Below, one piece after another: positions 28,500-37,699 of a stretch of DNA of 48,157 nt. The notes below the pieces were generated by a model, which saw nothing but the letters and a program-made list of their open reading frames with translations, ran no database searches and was not told the origin of the DNA. The position numbers were made by a program, and so were the translations under genes. Within the stretch, counting starts at the first letter, position 1, and the number at the start of each line of letters is the position of its first letter. The stretch is from Candidatus Nanohalobium sp. (GTDB taxonomy: Archaea > Nanohalarchaeota > Nanosalinia > Nanosalinales > Nanosalinaceae), in assembly GCA_042217555.1 (NCBI GenBank), contig JBDGSL010000054.1:1-48157 (forward strand), in the 5' to 3' direction.

Positions 28500-29009
28500 T
28501 CACTTGTTCCATTCTTCTCTGAGGATGCTGTTTACGATGAGGTCTTTGTGTTCTCCGTTGAGGTAGAGGAAGTCTCTTTTTGTTGATTCGTGTTTGAATC
28601 CGAGTTTTTCGTGTAGTTTTCTTGAGGCGTGGTTGTCTTCTAGGAAGTTGCCTTCGAAGCGGTGTACTTCGAGCTGGTTGAAGGCGTAGTCGATTATAAG
28701 TTCTCCGGCCGTTGTTCCAATACCCTGACCTGTTTTTTCCGGTGTGACGTATATTCTCCAGTCGCAGCAGCTGCCTTCTTTGTGGATGCTTACGTGGCCG
28801 GCTTTTTCGCCTTTGTATTCGATTATGAACTCGACTATATTCTCTTTCTTCGACTTGGCCTCGAAACCGTCTTGTATATCTTCCATGTTGCTTGGGTAGA
28901 AGACTCCCATTCCATCTTTGGCCTCCTCAGTTAGGCACAGCTCTCTATAAAACTCCAGGTCTTTCTCTTCTACAGGCCTTAAGGCGACATCTTCTGATTC
29001 CAGAAACAT
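28500..29009 (-). CDS. GNAT acetyltransferase (RimJ/RimL-like)
   Basis: GQGIGT, NHASRKLHEKLGF, SILREEW. Confidence 0.9.
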   Translation of the reverse strand: MFLESEDVALRPVEEKDLEFYRELCLTEEAKDGMGVFYPSNMEDIQDGFEAKSKKENIVEFIIEYKGEKAGHVSIHKEGSCCDWRIYVTPEKTGQGIGTTAGELIIDYAFNQLEVHRFEGNFLEDNHASRKLHEKLGFKHESTKRDFLYLNGEHKDLIVNSILREEWNK

Positions 29010-29533
29010 TAGAACTCGTCCTCCAGGATGCTGTAGTACTCAACATCCCTGTATTCTCCTTTTTTGAACTTTTCCTTTCGATGAGTTCCCTCGTGTTTGA
29101 AGCCCAGTGACTCCAGCAGGTTTCTACCTGCCTCGTTAAACTCGAATAGACTGGCCTCAATTCGGTGCAGCCTCAGATTCTCAAAACCGTGCCTGAGAAC
29201 CAGTTGACAGGCCTCAAATGCATAACCTTTTCCCCGGTGTTCGGGAAGAATCTTAACCTGTAGACCGGCTTTTCCAGACTTTTTATCTATACTCAGTAGG
29301 TTTACAAGGCCGACAGCCTCTCCCCTGGCGTAGATCAACAGATCTATCCGATTGTTGCCTTTGATCTTTTCTTCGAAAAACTCTTCCTCCGTCTCGATAT
29401 TTGCCGGCCCGTCCCCATCAACATATTCTCTTACCTGAGGGTTGTTATCCAGTTCCTTCAGAAACTTCAGGTCTTCCCTTTCAACAGTCCTCAAATCAAC
29501 ACTATCTCCTTCCAGAAAAGTTGCTCCTGGCAT
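29009..29533 (-). CDS. GNAT acetyltransferase (RimJ/RimL-like)
   Basis: MPGATFLEG, HRGKGYA, NEAGRNLLESLGFKHEG. Confidence 0.9.
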   Translation of the reverse strand: MPGATFLEGDSVDLRTVEREDLKFLKELDNNPQVREYVDGDGPANIETEEEFFEEKIKGNNRIDLLIYARGEAVGLVNLLSIDKKSGKAGLQVKILPEHRGKGYAFEACQLVLRHGFENLRLHRIEASLFEFNEAGRNLLESLGFKHEGTHRKEKFKKGEYRDVEYYSILEDEF

Positions 29534-29565
29534 AAACATCTTTCCTTCCCGAGAAGTTAAATTTT

Positions 29566-30066
29566 TTACTCGTCGCCCTCCTTCTCGCTTACAACTACTT
29601 CTGCAGGTCTTAGGACTTTTTCTCCGTACATATAACCGGGTCTTTTCTGCTCCAGGATCTTTCTCTCTTCTTCGTGTTCTCTGGTTTCTACCGCGTTGTG
29701 AATGTTTGGGTCGAATTCTTCTCCTTCTGCGTCGATTCTCTGGAGGCCTTTCTTCTCCAGGGCTTCGTACAGCTGGTCTGACACCATTTTTACTCCCTGA
29801 AGTAGTGTGGAGTCTTCATCTGCGGACATGATCGCCCGCTCCAGGTTATCCATCACTGAGATGAGGTCTTCGGCTAGTTTCTCCCTTGCTACTTCCTTTG
29901 CTTTCTCTTTTCTCTCGTCTTCCTTCTTCTTGTAGTTTTTGAGGTCGGCTCTGGCTTTTTTTGCTTTGTTTTCCCATTTTTTTCTTTCTTTTTCTGTTTT
30001 CTGTAGTTCTTCTTCTATCTGCTGGAGTGCTTCTTCCAGTTGTTTTCGGGAGAGGTCTTCGTACAT
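29566..30066 (-). CDS. grpE: Nucleotide exchange factor GrpE
   Basis: ADLKNYKK, DNLERA, FDPNIHNAV, GY...VLRPAEVVVS. Confidence 0.95.
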   Translation of the reverse strand: MYEDLSRKQLEEALQQIEEELQKTEKERKKWENKAKKARADLKNYKKKEDERKEKAKEVAREKLAEDLISVMDNLERAIMSADEDSTLLQGVKMVSDQLYEALEKKGLQRIDAEGEEFDPNIHNAVETREHEEERKILEQKRPGYMYGEKVLRPAEVVVSEKEGDE

Positions 30067-30104
30067 GTTATTCGTTTTTAACGGGTTGAAGACTTAAGAA
30101 GGGT

Positions 30105-30518
30105 TCAGAAGTTGAAGCAGCTGTACTTGAGGGTGTGCTCTCCATCTGTCATCTGTATCAGTGTTTCGTCTTCGAATTTTTTGGTTATGTTTACGGTGAA
30201 GGTCTCTGTTGAGTCGACTATGGAGGGTTTTATTGTGTAGGTGGAGCTGTCCTGCTGAGATCCGTTGAGGAGTAATGTCATTTCGGAGGCATTCATGGCG
30301 CTGGATGCGCTGTTCCGGACGATCAGGTGGGTGTTGCCGTACTGATGGTAGCAGTGATCGACCTGAAGTGCGTCCATGTTCAACGGGAGGTCGACACTGG
30401 TTGATGATTCTGCGCTTTTCATCTTGTCCTGGAAAACCGTGTAAATCGTGCCTGTGGCTGCCATTGTCACTGTTATCAGAAGTACGGTTGCTACTACAGG
30501 TGTGACTCCTTTCCTCAT
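30105..30518 (-). CDS. Type IV pilin/archaellin-like protein with class III signal peptide
   Basis: MRKG|VTPVVATVLLITVTMAA. Confidence 0.85.
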   Translation of the reverse strand: MRKGVTPVVATVLLITVTMAATGTIYTVFQDKMKSAESSTSVDLPLNMDALQVDHCYHQYGNTHLIVRNSASSAMNASEMTLLLNGSQQDSSTYTIKPSIVDSTETFTVNITKKFEDETLIQMTDGEHTLKYSCFNF

Positions 30519-30596
30519 GTAACCGGTTTTGGCACTCATCGTTTTTAGATAAGGTGGGAGAGATTACAAAAAGAACGGTTTGTTAATAAAGAAGGT

Positions 30597-31067
30597 ATGG
30601 GAGAACATCCTTTTGTTGATGAGACTGCGCGGAAGACTTCGACTATAGTCACTAAACACTCTATTGCGATACCGGAGGATGAGCAGAAGTACAGGAAAAG
30701 TGACAGGGCCTGGAACTGGGAGAAGATCGTTGACCTTTTCTTCCCGGAGGAGCAAAGTCCTAGGAGAAACAAGTACGCGAAGATATTTCTGAGAGAGCTG
30801 AAGAAAGAGGGAGAGATAGATTCGGAGAAGCTGAACGCCTTCGACGAATGGGGCCACGAGAAAGGCAAATCCAACCTGAAGAACAATATACTTCCCAAAC
30901 TGAGACGTCTGGGCGTTATAAAGTACGAGTACCTGGAGTACCGCAGTCAGCGTGAAGGCTCGCAGGGCCGCAGAAAAGTCATAAAACCAGCCAGATCTTT
31001 TACTTCGATACTTGACTCTATGGCCAATGGCTGGGCTGCATTTGAGTCCGCAGCATTCCAGGACTGA
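30597..31067 (+). CDS. Hypothetical protein, possibly winged-helix regulator
   Basis: NLKNNILPKLRRLGVI helix/wing-like segment. Confidence 0.6.
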   Translation: MGEHPFVDETARKTSTIVTKHSIAIPEDEQKYRKSDRAWNWEKIVDLFFPEEQSPRRNKYAKIFLRELKKEGEIDSEKLNAFDEWGHEKGKSNLKNNILPKLRRLGVIKYEYLEYRSQREGSQGRRKVIKPARSFTSILDSMANGWAAFESAAFQD

Positions 31068-31072
31068 ACTTT

Positions 31073-31183
31073 TTAGAGAGCTGGAGCTACTTCAGGCTCT
31101 GGCTGAACCTTTCTTACTTCCTGCTCCTGTTCCATGTGCTGGGCTTCAAGTTCAACTTCGAAGTCGCGTGCATTCGCATCCAT
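31073..31183 (-). CDS. Small acidic protein (36 aa)
   Basis: AGGTGA SD, then MDANARDFEVELEAQHMEQEQEVRKVQPEPEVAPAL*; not in the ORF track. Confidence 0.5.
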   Translation of the reverse strand: MDANARDFEVELEAQHMEQEQEVRKVQPEPEVAPAL

Positions 31184-31583
31184 CGATTAATTCACCTTTT
31201 ATGCTGCGGTAAACCGGTTTTTACAGTAAACATGTGGTTTAACAGTGGCCGTGGAGCAGCCCTCACCTTTACTATCGGCAAGGACTACTCCCTGGAAGCC
31301 AGCTCCCTGAAATGGTCTTGCAGAGGATAGAGAAACTGAAGCTTCCTACGTGCAGAACTTTTACCGGAGTTGTTCACGGTCCGCCCCTGGTTTTTTTGAC
31401 CCGGTCAAAGGCCAGGGCATCATCCCGCTTTACTCTACCAGATAGTTAATAATGGAGAATTTGGCCCTGGACACGTGTTTATAGCTGGAGCTCACCAGAT
31501 CCATCCACATGTCTCCGGTGATAGTATGCTCCAGAACCATGCTTTTCAACCAAGTATTACTGTCCCGGGTTTAAAAAACTTTC

Positions 31584-32333
31584 TCAGTCTATATGTGGTT
31601 CGAAAACTTCTGCTCTCAACTGTTTATGAGCTAGTTCAAGCAGGTCCTGAAGGTTCCTGGTGTCATACTTATTATACTTCAGAAGTTTGTTAAGGTGTTC
31701 TCTGTTACCTGTTTTCTCGTACTTCTTCCAGAGCCTGACTGCCTCTCTGCCATCGATATCTTCCAGCTCTCTTTCCACTCCGAGATCTTTCTCTATCTGC
31801 TTTAATCCACCGGAGTAGCCCAGACGTTTGAAGATGTACATAAGATCGATATGCGGGTTTTCGATTTCCAGGTCAAAGTTGTGTTCCAGGAACGGCTGGT
31901 CGAAACGCTTGCCGTTGAAGGATACAAGTAGAGAGGATTCAAAGAGTTCTTCCTTAAGGTTCTCCTGGGTCAGGTTCTCTCCTCTGACAAAGGTTTTGGT
32001 CTCTCCACCTCTGTGCATAGCTATCGTCGTGACCTTATTCCTGTCTTTGTCAAGGCCGGTGGTCTCGATATCAAAGAAGCAGACTGAATCTTCAAAGTTG
32101 CGGTAACTTCTCCACAGACTCTTGTTCGGAAATTTGGTGCCGAAGAACTTTTCGTTCCCTACTTCCAGGTTTTTCCTGGCTTTTTCAATAAAGTTTTCGA
32201 CTTTTTCCCTGTTTCTTACACTGGGGTTCCCATCCTCGATGTCTTCCCAGTGAGTGTATCCTTTTTTCCACAGTTTTTTCTCGGTTTTCTTACCTATACC
32301 CGGAGCCATTATGAAACTGTTTTCGATCCTCAA
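31584..32333 (-). CDS. YprB-like RNase H-fold exonuclease
   Basis: N-terminal PGIGKKTE, FFDIETTGL, SFNGKRFDQP, HIDL, YNKYD. Confidence 0.88.
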   Translation of the reverse strand: MRIENSFIMAPGIGKKTEKKLWKKGYTHWEDIEDGNPSVRNREKVENFIEKARKNLEVGNEKFFGTKFPNKSLWRSYRNFEDSVCFFDIETTGLDKDRNKVTTIAMHRGGETKTFVRGENLTQENLKEELFESSLLVSFNGKRFDQPFLEHNFDLEIENPHIDLMYIFKRLGYSGGLKQIEKDLGVERELEDIDGREAVRLWKKYEKTGNREHLNKLLKYNKYDTRNLQDLLELAHKQLRAEVFEPHID

Positions 32334-32393
32334 GAGGAGTTCACTAGAAAAAGATGGGTGAAAGAAGGAGTTAAAAGATTGTCTTCCCTGTTC

Positions 32394-32591
32394 TCACTGG
32401 GAAGCTCTGACGTCGTCTGCCTGCACCGTCTTTCTGTCAGCGTGCTCTGCAAGCTGTTTAGCCTCTCTTGCTCTGTCCTTTGCGTGGCCCTCCAGCTCAT
32501 CTCTGAGTTCTTTGACTGCATCTTCGGAAACTCTTGAAGCTCCTGACTGTTTGATGATTCTCTTTACCGGTGCAAGTGGTAGTTCTGCCAT
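32394..32591 (-). CDS. Archaeal histone (canonical HMf-type)
   Basis: MAELPLAPVKRIIK..GASRVS...AEHADRKTVQADD. Confidence 0.95.
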   Translation of the reverse strand: MAELPLAPVKRIIKQSGASRVSEDAVKELRDELEGHAKDRAREAKQLAEHADRKTVQADDVRASQ

Positions 32592-32893
32592 TGTGATTGT
32601 CACCTCCTTGATTGAATGCTTCTGAAACCTATTGATTAATTCACAGCCCTCCTATAAAAACGTTTGCCTGTTTTCAGTCCTCAGAACCGGAAAGAACATC
32701 CGATATCTTCTCCCCCAGGTTTTACCCTGCCGCCTGAATCCCTCTGACCGGCCCCGGTTCGAAGACCTGTTGATTCCATGAGAGAACAGTAAAGTGTTGC
32801 TGCCGGAAGCCCTGAATCTTCGAAAGCGAAGTTTCCCAACAGGAGAAAACACGTCCCGGAAATACTTAACAGTAAGAAAGTCCTTGGAAAGGT

Positions 32894-35347
32894 GTGAAAA
32901 GGAACGTCCAGGTTATCGACGCTGACTACCAGGTGAGCGAGGAAGAAGTAACGGTCAGATGCTTCGCGAAGTCGAAAGATGGAGAGAACGTACTTTTCTA
33001 CGACAGAGAATTTTTACCTTATGTATACGTGGTGCCTGAAGAAGGAGAAGATCCGGATGAGTTAAAACAGTTGATACTGGAAGAGGAGTGGAATGAGGAG
33101 GGAGAGCCTTTACCGGTTAAAAAGGTAGAAGCACTGAAGCTTGAAGACCTGAAGAAGGAGAAAAAGGTTCTGAAGGTTTACTCCAGTATACCGGCGAAGA
33201 TACCGAAACTGAAGAACAAGTTCTGGGACCTGGAAGAAGTCAAGGAGTGCCGTGAGTTCGACATACCATTCTACAGAAGATATCTCGTGGATAAAGGCAT
33301 CAGACCTGCTTCCTGGATAGAGGTTCAGGGCCAGGAACTGACGGAGAAAGACAGTTTCAACACAGTCATCGAAGCCGATAAAGTCCGTGTAGATGAGGAA
33401 AACCCTGTGGAAAAGAATTCTCCAGATGAAACCAGGGAACCCGGCGGTTTCAAGTGGAAGAGAGCTGCTTTCGACCTTGAGGTATACCAGGAAAGGATAA
33501 TAATGGCTTCTATCTACGGTAAGGACATTAGAAAGGTCTTGACCACGGAAGACATAGAAAGAGAGTTTGTAGAGACGGTTGAATCGGAGAAACAGTTGAT
33601 AGAAAGAATCGTTGATATAGTGCAGGAGGAAGATATAGACATCCTGACAGGTTACAACACCGACGAGTTCGACTTCGATATACTCCGCAGTAGATCAAAC
33701 AAGTACAACATAACGCTGTCAATGGGCCGCGACGGAGAAAGAATGAAGTTCAATCAGAGAGGCCGTTTCAAAGGCGCTCGATTGAAGGGAAGAATGCATC
33801 TTGACCTATACCCTTTCATCGAACATGTGATCTCTCCGGGACTGGACTCGGAAACACTCGACCTTGACTCTGTCGCTGAAGAACTCCTGGGAGAAAACAA
33901 GGACGAAATGAGCTGGGAGGAGATGAAACAGGCCTGGAAGAAGAGAGAAGATCTAGAAGAGTTTGCAGACTACGCTCTGAAAGACTCTGAGCTGGCGTTC
34001 AAACTTGCAGACGAACTTGTGCCACAGATACTGGAGCTATCAAGGATAACAGGTCTGATACCGTTTGATACCTGTCGTTTAACCTATGGCCAGCTAACAG
34101 AGAACTACCTGATACGTGAAGCACATGAAAGAGGTATGATGGCCAGGAACAGGCCCTCTCAGCAATCAAGAAGGAAAAGACGTAGAGAAGGAGCGTACTC
34201 AGGAGGATTCGTATACACACCGGAAGCAGGACTCTACGAGAACATCGCATTACTGGACTTCAAGTCACTATATCCAACCGTAATGGTTTCACACAACATA
34301 TCTCCGGATACACTTGATTTAGATAATTGTGATAACCGTTTCCAGCTTGAAGAGTTTGAATACGATTTTTGCCAGGATGAACAAGGTTTCTTCCCGGAAC
34401 TTGTTGAAAAACTTGTCAGAGACCGTTCAAACTTAAAAGAAAAGATGGAAAAAGTAGATAAAGACTCTAAAAAATTCCAAAAACTTGATAACCGACAGAA
34501 AGCCGAAAAAATATTGTCAAATTCTTTCTATGGCTATCTTGGCTATAATAGCGCTCGTTGGTATTCCAGAGAATGTGCTGAGGCGATAACATATCTGGGA
34601 AGGCAGCATATACAAGACACCATAGAGAAAGCAGAGGAAAACGGTTATGAAGTAGTTTACGGCGATACTGATTCAGTATTTATAAGAAAAGAAGGTATTA
34701 GGGACGATATAGATATTTTTCTAGAGGAGATTAACAGAGATCTTCCAAGTTTCATGCAGCTGGAGTTTGAAGGCTTTTTTACCCGTGGATTCTTTACATC
34801 AACGGATTCTGGAGAGGGAGCAAAGAAGAAGTATGCTCTTCTGTCTGAGGACGGAGGGATGAAGATAACCGGTTTCGAGCAGGTCAGAAGGGACTGGAGC
34901 CCTATAGCGAAGAAGACGCAGAAGAGAGTGTTGAGAAAAGTGCTTGAGAACGATGTGGAGAAGGCTGCAGAGATAGTTCAGGAAACTATAGAAGATCTGA
35001 AGAACGGTAAGATACCGGTTGAGGAGTTAAAGATATATACTACTTTAACCAAGAAACCGGAGAAGTATGATTCGACAGCACCCCATGTCGAGGCCGCGAA
35101 GAAAGCCATCGGTAGGGGCGACGAGATACCTCCAGAAACCACGATCTCCTACGTGATAACCAGGGGAGCAGGCAACATCTCTTCCAGAGCGGAACTGGTG
35201 AAGTACGCTGAGGATTATGATCCTGACTACTACATCGACAACCAGGTTATACCGGTGGCCCTACGAGTTCTGAAAGTGTTCGGCTACACAGAAGGCCAGT
35301 TGAAAGGTAAGGGAAAACAGAGTGGTCTAGGAAGATTCGGCAGTTGA
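32894..35347 (+). CDS. polB: Family B DNA polymerase, no intein
   Basis: Exo FDLE, YNTDEFD, YALKD; Pol DFKSLYP, KILSNSFYG, YGDTDS, KKKYA; PIP KQSGLGRF. Confidence 0.97.
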   Translation: MKRNVQVIDADYQVSEEEVTVRCFAKSKDGENVLFYDREFLPYVYVVPEEGEDPDELKQLILEEEWNEEGEPLPVKKVEALKLEDLKKEKKVLKVYSSIPAKIPKLKNKFWDLEEVKECREFDIPFYRRYLVDKGIRPASWIEVQGQELTEKDSFNTVIEADKVRVDEENPVEKNSPDETREPGGFKWKRAAFDLEVYQERIIMASIYGKDIRKVLTTEDIEREFVETVESEKQLIERIVDIVQEEDIDILTGYNTDEFDFDILRSRSNKYNITLSMGRDGERMKFNQRGRFKGARLKGRMHLDLYPFIEHVISPGLDSETLDLDSVAEELLGENKDEMSWEEMKQAWKKREDLEEFADYALKDSELAFKLADELVPQILELSRITGLIPFDTCRLTYGQLTENYLIREAHERGMMARNRPSQQSRRKRRREGAYSGGFVYTPEAGLYENIALLDFKSLYPTVMVSHNISPDTLDLDNCDNRFQLEEFEYDFCQDEQGFFPELVEKLVRDRSNLKEKMEKVDKDSKKFQKLDNRQKAEKILSNSFYGYLGYNSARWYSRECAEAITYLGRQHIQDTIEKAEENGYEVVYGDTDSVFIRKEGIRDDIDIFLEEINRDLPSFMQLEFEGFFTRGFFTSTDSGEGAKKKYALLSEDGGMKITGFEQVRRDWSPIAKKTQKRVLRKVLENDVEKAAEIVQETIEDLKNGKIPVEELKIYTTLTKKPEKYDSTAPHVEAAKKAIGRGDEIPPETTISYVITRGAGNISSRAELVKYAEDYDPDYYIDNQVIPVALRVLKVFGYTEGQLKGKGKQSGLGRFGS

Positions 35348-35381
35348 GTTTTTAACCATGGCTTACCGATAAAATTTTTGC

Positions 35382-36653
35382 ATGGTCTTCGGCTTTACCG
35401 GTTTTGCAGCGAACGCAGCGATCGGACTGTTTTCAATCGTCTTACTGGTTTTTGGAGCCGAAGTCGTTGTATCCCGGATGGAGTCCGTGGCAAAATACTA
35501 CGGAGTGTCTGAAGTAGTTATCGCCATGACGATAGTTGCAGTAGGCACTTCTCTGCCTGAGCTTGCGCTCCACCTGATAGGTTCTATAAACATTCTTTTA
35601 AGCTCTGGCGCGCCTTTAAAGCTTTTTACTGCAGATATAGGTAACCTGGTGCTGGGAAACCATACTGGAACTGTTCAGGCACTGGCGGATCAGGGCCATG
35701 TAGCTGCTTCAACCGTTTCCAACTCGACCGAGGTATATCTTGAGCAGTCCGGAACTGTTCTGGGTGCAAATATCGGCAGTGATGTAGTTCAGCAGACCCT
35801 GGTACTGGGACTGGTTATAGTTTCTTCAGCGCTTATCGCGGACAGACATAGTTTCAAGTTCTCCCGCAAGTTCCTGATCAGGGATTACGCTCCCATGATG
35901 GGAACCACTTTAATGACGCTGATACTGGCCCTTAACTGGAAAGGCGTGCTGAACTTTCTTTCCGGAGGAAAGCTGTATGTTTCCGGGACTTTAACCCGTC
36001 TGGATGGGTTTATACTGGTTGGAAGTTTCCTGGCATACATGTTTTATCTTTATACAACTAGAAAAGAGGAGCTTGCAGAACAGGGTGATACAGAACCTTC
36101 TGAAAATCCGTTACTGGACTTTTTAACCGGTATAGTTGCCATGGTGATTGTTATAGGTTCTGCAGAGGTATTTCTGAGGGTTGTCGAACTGGCTGTTGAA
36201 CATACAGGTCTTTCCGGATCCATGATAGGAGTTGCCTCTGTCGGGATAGTTTCAGCCTTCCCGGAGATGACCACAGCGATTTCAGGCCTGAGACATGGAA
36301 GCGAAGGGGTTTCACTGGGGACGTTGATAGGCAGCAACATCACCAACCCCCTGTTTGCTATAGGATCGGGAGCGGTCATCTCCACCTACGCCGTTCCCCG
36401 ACCACTGGTTCTCTGGGACCTGCCGATGGAAACAGCTACAGCAGGAGTAATTCTTATCTACATGTTCTCAAAGGAGAGAATAGGCAGTCTCCTGGCAAAA
36501 CCGTTCAGGAAAATAGGTCTGGAAGAAGCGGCTGAAAGACTTGAATCTATGGAAAACAGAGTGATATCCATAGCAGGAGCATTCCTCCTGGTAGTACTCT
36601 ACATCGTGTATATCTACGTCCGCTTCCACTACTTTAAATACGACTTCACATAA
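35382..36653 (+). CDS. CaCA family Na+/Ca2+ (cation) antiporter
   Basis: Alpha repeats GTSLPE/GSD and SAFPE/GSN; multi-TM. Confidence 0.9.
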   Translation: MVFGFTGFAANAAIGLFSIVLLVFGAEVVVSRMESVAKYYGVSEVVIAMTIVAVGTSLPELALHLIGSINILLSSGAPLKLFTADIGNLVLGNHTGTVQALADQGHVAASTVSNSTEVYLEQSGTVLGANIGSDVVQQTLVLGLVIVSSALIADRHSFKFSRKFLIRDYAPMMGTTLMTLILALNWKGVLNFLSGGKLYVSGTLTRLDGFILVGSFLAYMFYLYTTRKEELAEQGDTEPSENPLLDFLTGIVAMVIVIGSAEVFLRVVELAVEHTGLSGSMIGVASVGIVSAFPEMTTAISGLRHGSEGVSLGTLIGSNITNPLFAIGSGAVISTYAVPRPLVLWDLPMETATAGVILIYMFSKERIGSLLAKPFRKIGLEEAAERLESMENRVISIAGAFLLVVLYIVYIYVRFHYFKYDFT

Positions 36654-36668
36654 AGAGGTGATGACAAA

Positions 36669-36842
36669 GTGGATAGACTGAGATCTGTGCTTTTGATCGG
36701 GTTGTTGATGGCTGCAGCTGCAACTGTTTCAATACTGATAACGCCTGAAACACGTACAGCCTGGCTGTGGGAGTTCCTACCGGCAGTAATGGCCTCGATG
36801 ATCACGACCTACGGCCTGAAAAAGATGAAAGAGAAAACATGA
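36669..36842 (+). CDS. Small two-TM membrane protein (57 aa)
   Basis: GAGGTGA SD, GTG start, two hydrophobic segments, basic tail. Confidence 0.55.
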   Translation: MDRLRSVLLIGLLMAAAATVSILITPETRTAWLWEFLPAVMASMITTYGLKKMKEKT

Positions 36843-36854
36843 GAGAACACTCTC

Positions 36855-37640
36855 CTATTTCAGTTCCGATTCTATCGCCTGTCTAATCTCCTGATAACTG
36901 GGACTCACTTCTTCACCGTTTACGTATACGGACGGAGTAGAGTCCACGCCCAGCTTCAATCCCTGGTTCTTGTCCTCTATTACTTCGTTTACACCGTTAC
37001 AGCTACTTACATCGGAGGTGTTTACACCCTGCTTAGAAGCCCAGTCCATGATCCTTTCCCTGACATTTCCCTGGTTTAAGGACTCTTGGTTGCTGAACAC
37101 TCTGGACTTCACATCCCAGAACGCTTCCTCATCCTGCCTGTGGACACATTCAAGCGTACTGGCCGCTTCCCGGGCCCATGGATGCATCTGCAGAGGAAAG
37201 TCCTTCCAGTAGAACTTTATCTTACCCGTATCTATGTAGTTGGACTTGATACGGGAGAAAACTGACTGTTCGAAGTTTCCACATGCAGGGCATTCAAAGT
37301 CTCCGAACTCCACCACTGTCACAGAAGCGTTTTCGCTGCCAAGCATAGGCTCTCCTTTAACATCTATCTCTGCAGCTTTCTTAGAGGCAGTTCCAGACGG
37401 TAATAGCTGGCTTCCCAGAAACACAGCTGCTATAAGAACTACTGCAGCACCTACACCTTGATACAGACGTCTCTTCCTTCTTTTCTGTTTCCTATCTTTT
37501 TCTTCCTCAAGTTTCTGTTTTCCTTTCTTCGCTTTCTCCCTCTGATGAGAGTTAAGCTCGTCTTCGTGTTCTTCCAGCCAGTGGGCGTGAAGCCTGTACT
37601 CGTCGTCGAACTCCTCACCGCAGAAATCACATTCGGTCAT
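36855..37640 (-). CDS. DsbA-family oxidoreductase with N-terminal C2H2 zinc finger and TM anchor
   Basis: CDFC...H...H; TM; FGDFECPAC; GVDSTPSVYVNG. Confidence 0.88.
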   Translation of the reverse strand: MTECDFCGEEFDDEYRLHAHWLEEHEDELNSHQREKAKKGKQKLEEEKDRKQKRRKRRLYQGVGAAVVLIAAVFLGSQLLPSGTASKKAAEIDVKGEPMLGSENASVTVVEFGDFECPACGNFEQSVFSRIKSNYIDTGKIKFYWKDFPLQMHPWAREAASTLECVHRQDEEAFWDVKSRVFSNQESLNQGNVRERIMDWASKQGVNTSDVSSCNGVNEVIEDKNQGLKLGVDSTPSVYVNGEEVSPSYQEIRQAIESELK

Positions 37641-37699
37641 ATGGAAAGAATGCTCTCTGCAACGGTTTAAAACTTCTTGGGTGAGAAGTCTCTGTCTGT

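Noticed and set aside
36845..36853. GAACACTCT half-site outside the element
   Set aside because: No partner arm at 9-nt spacing; likely chance.
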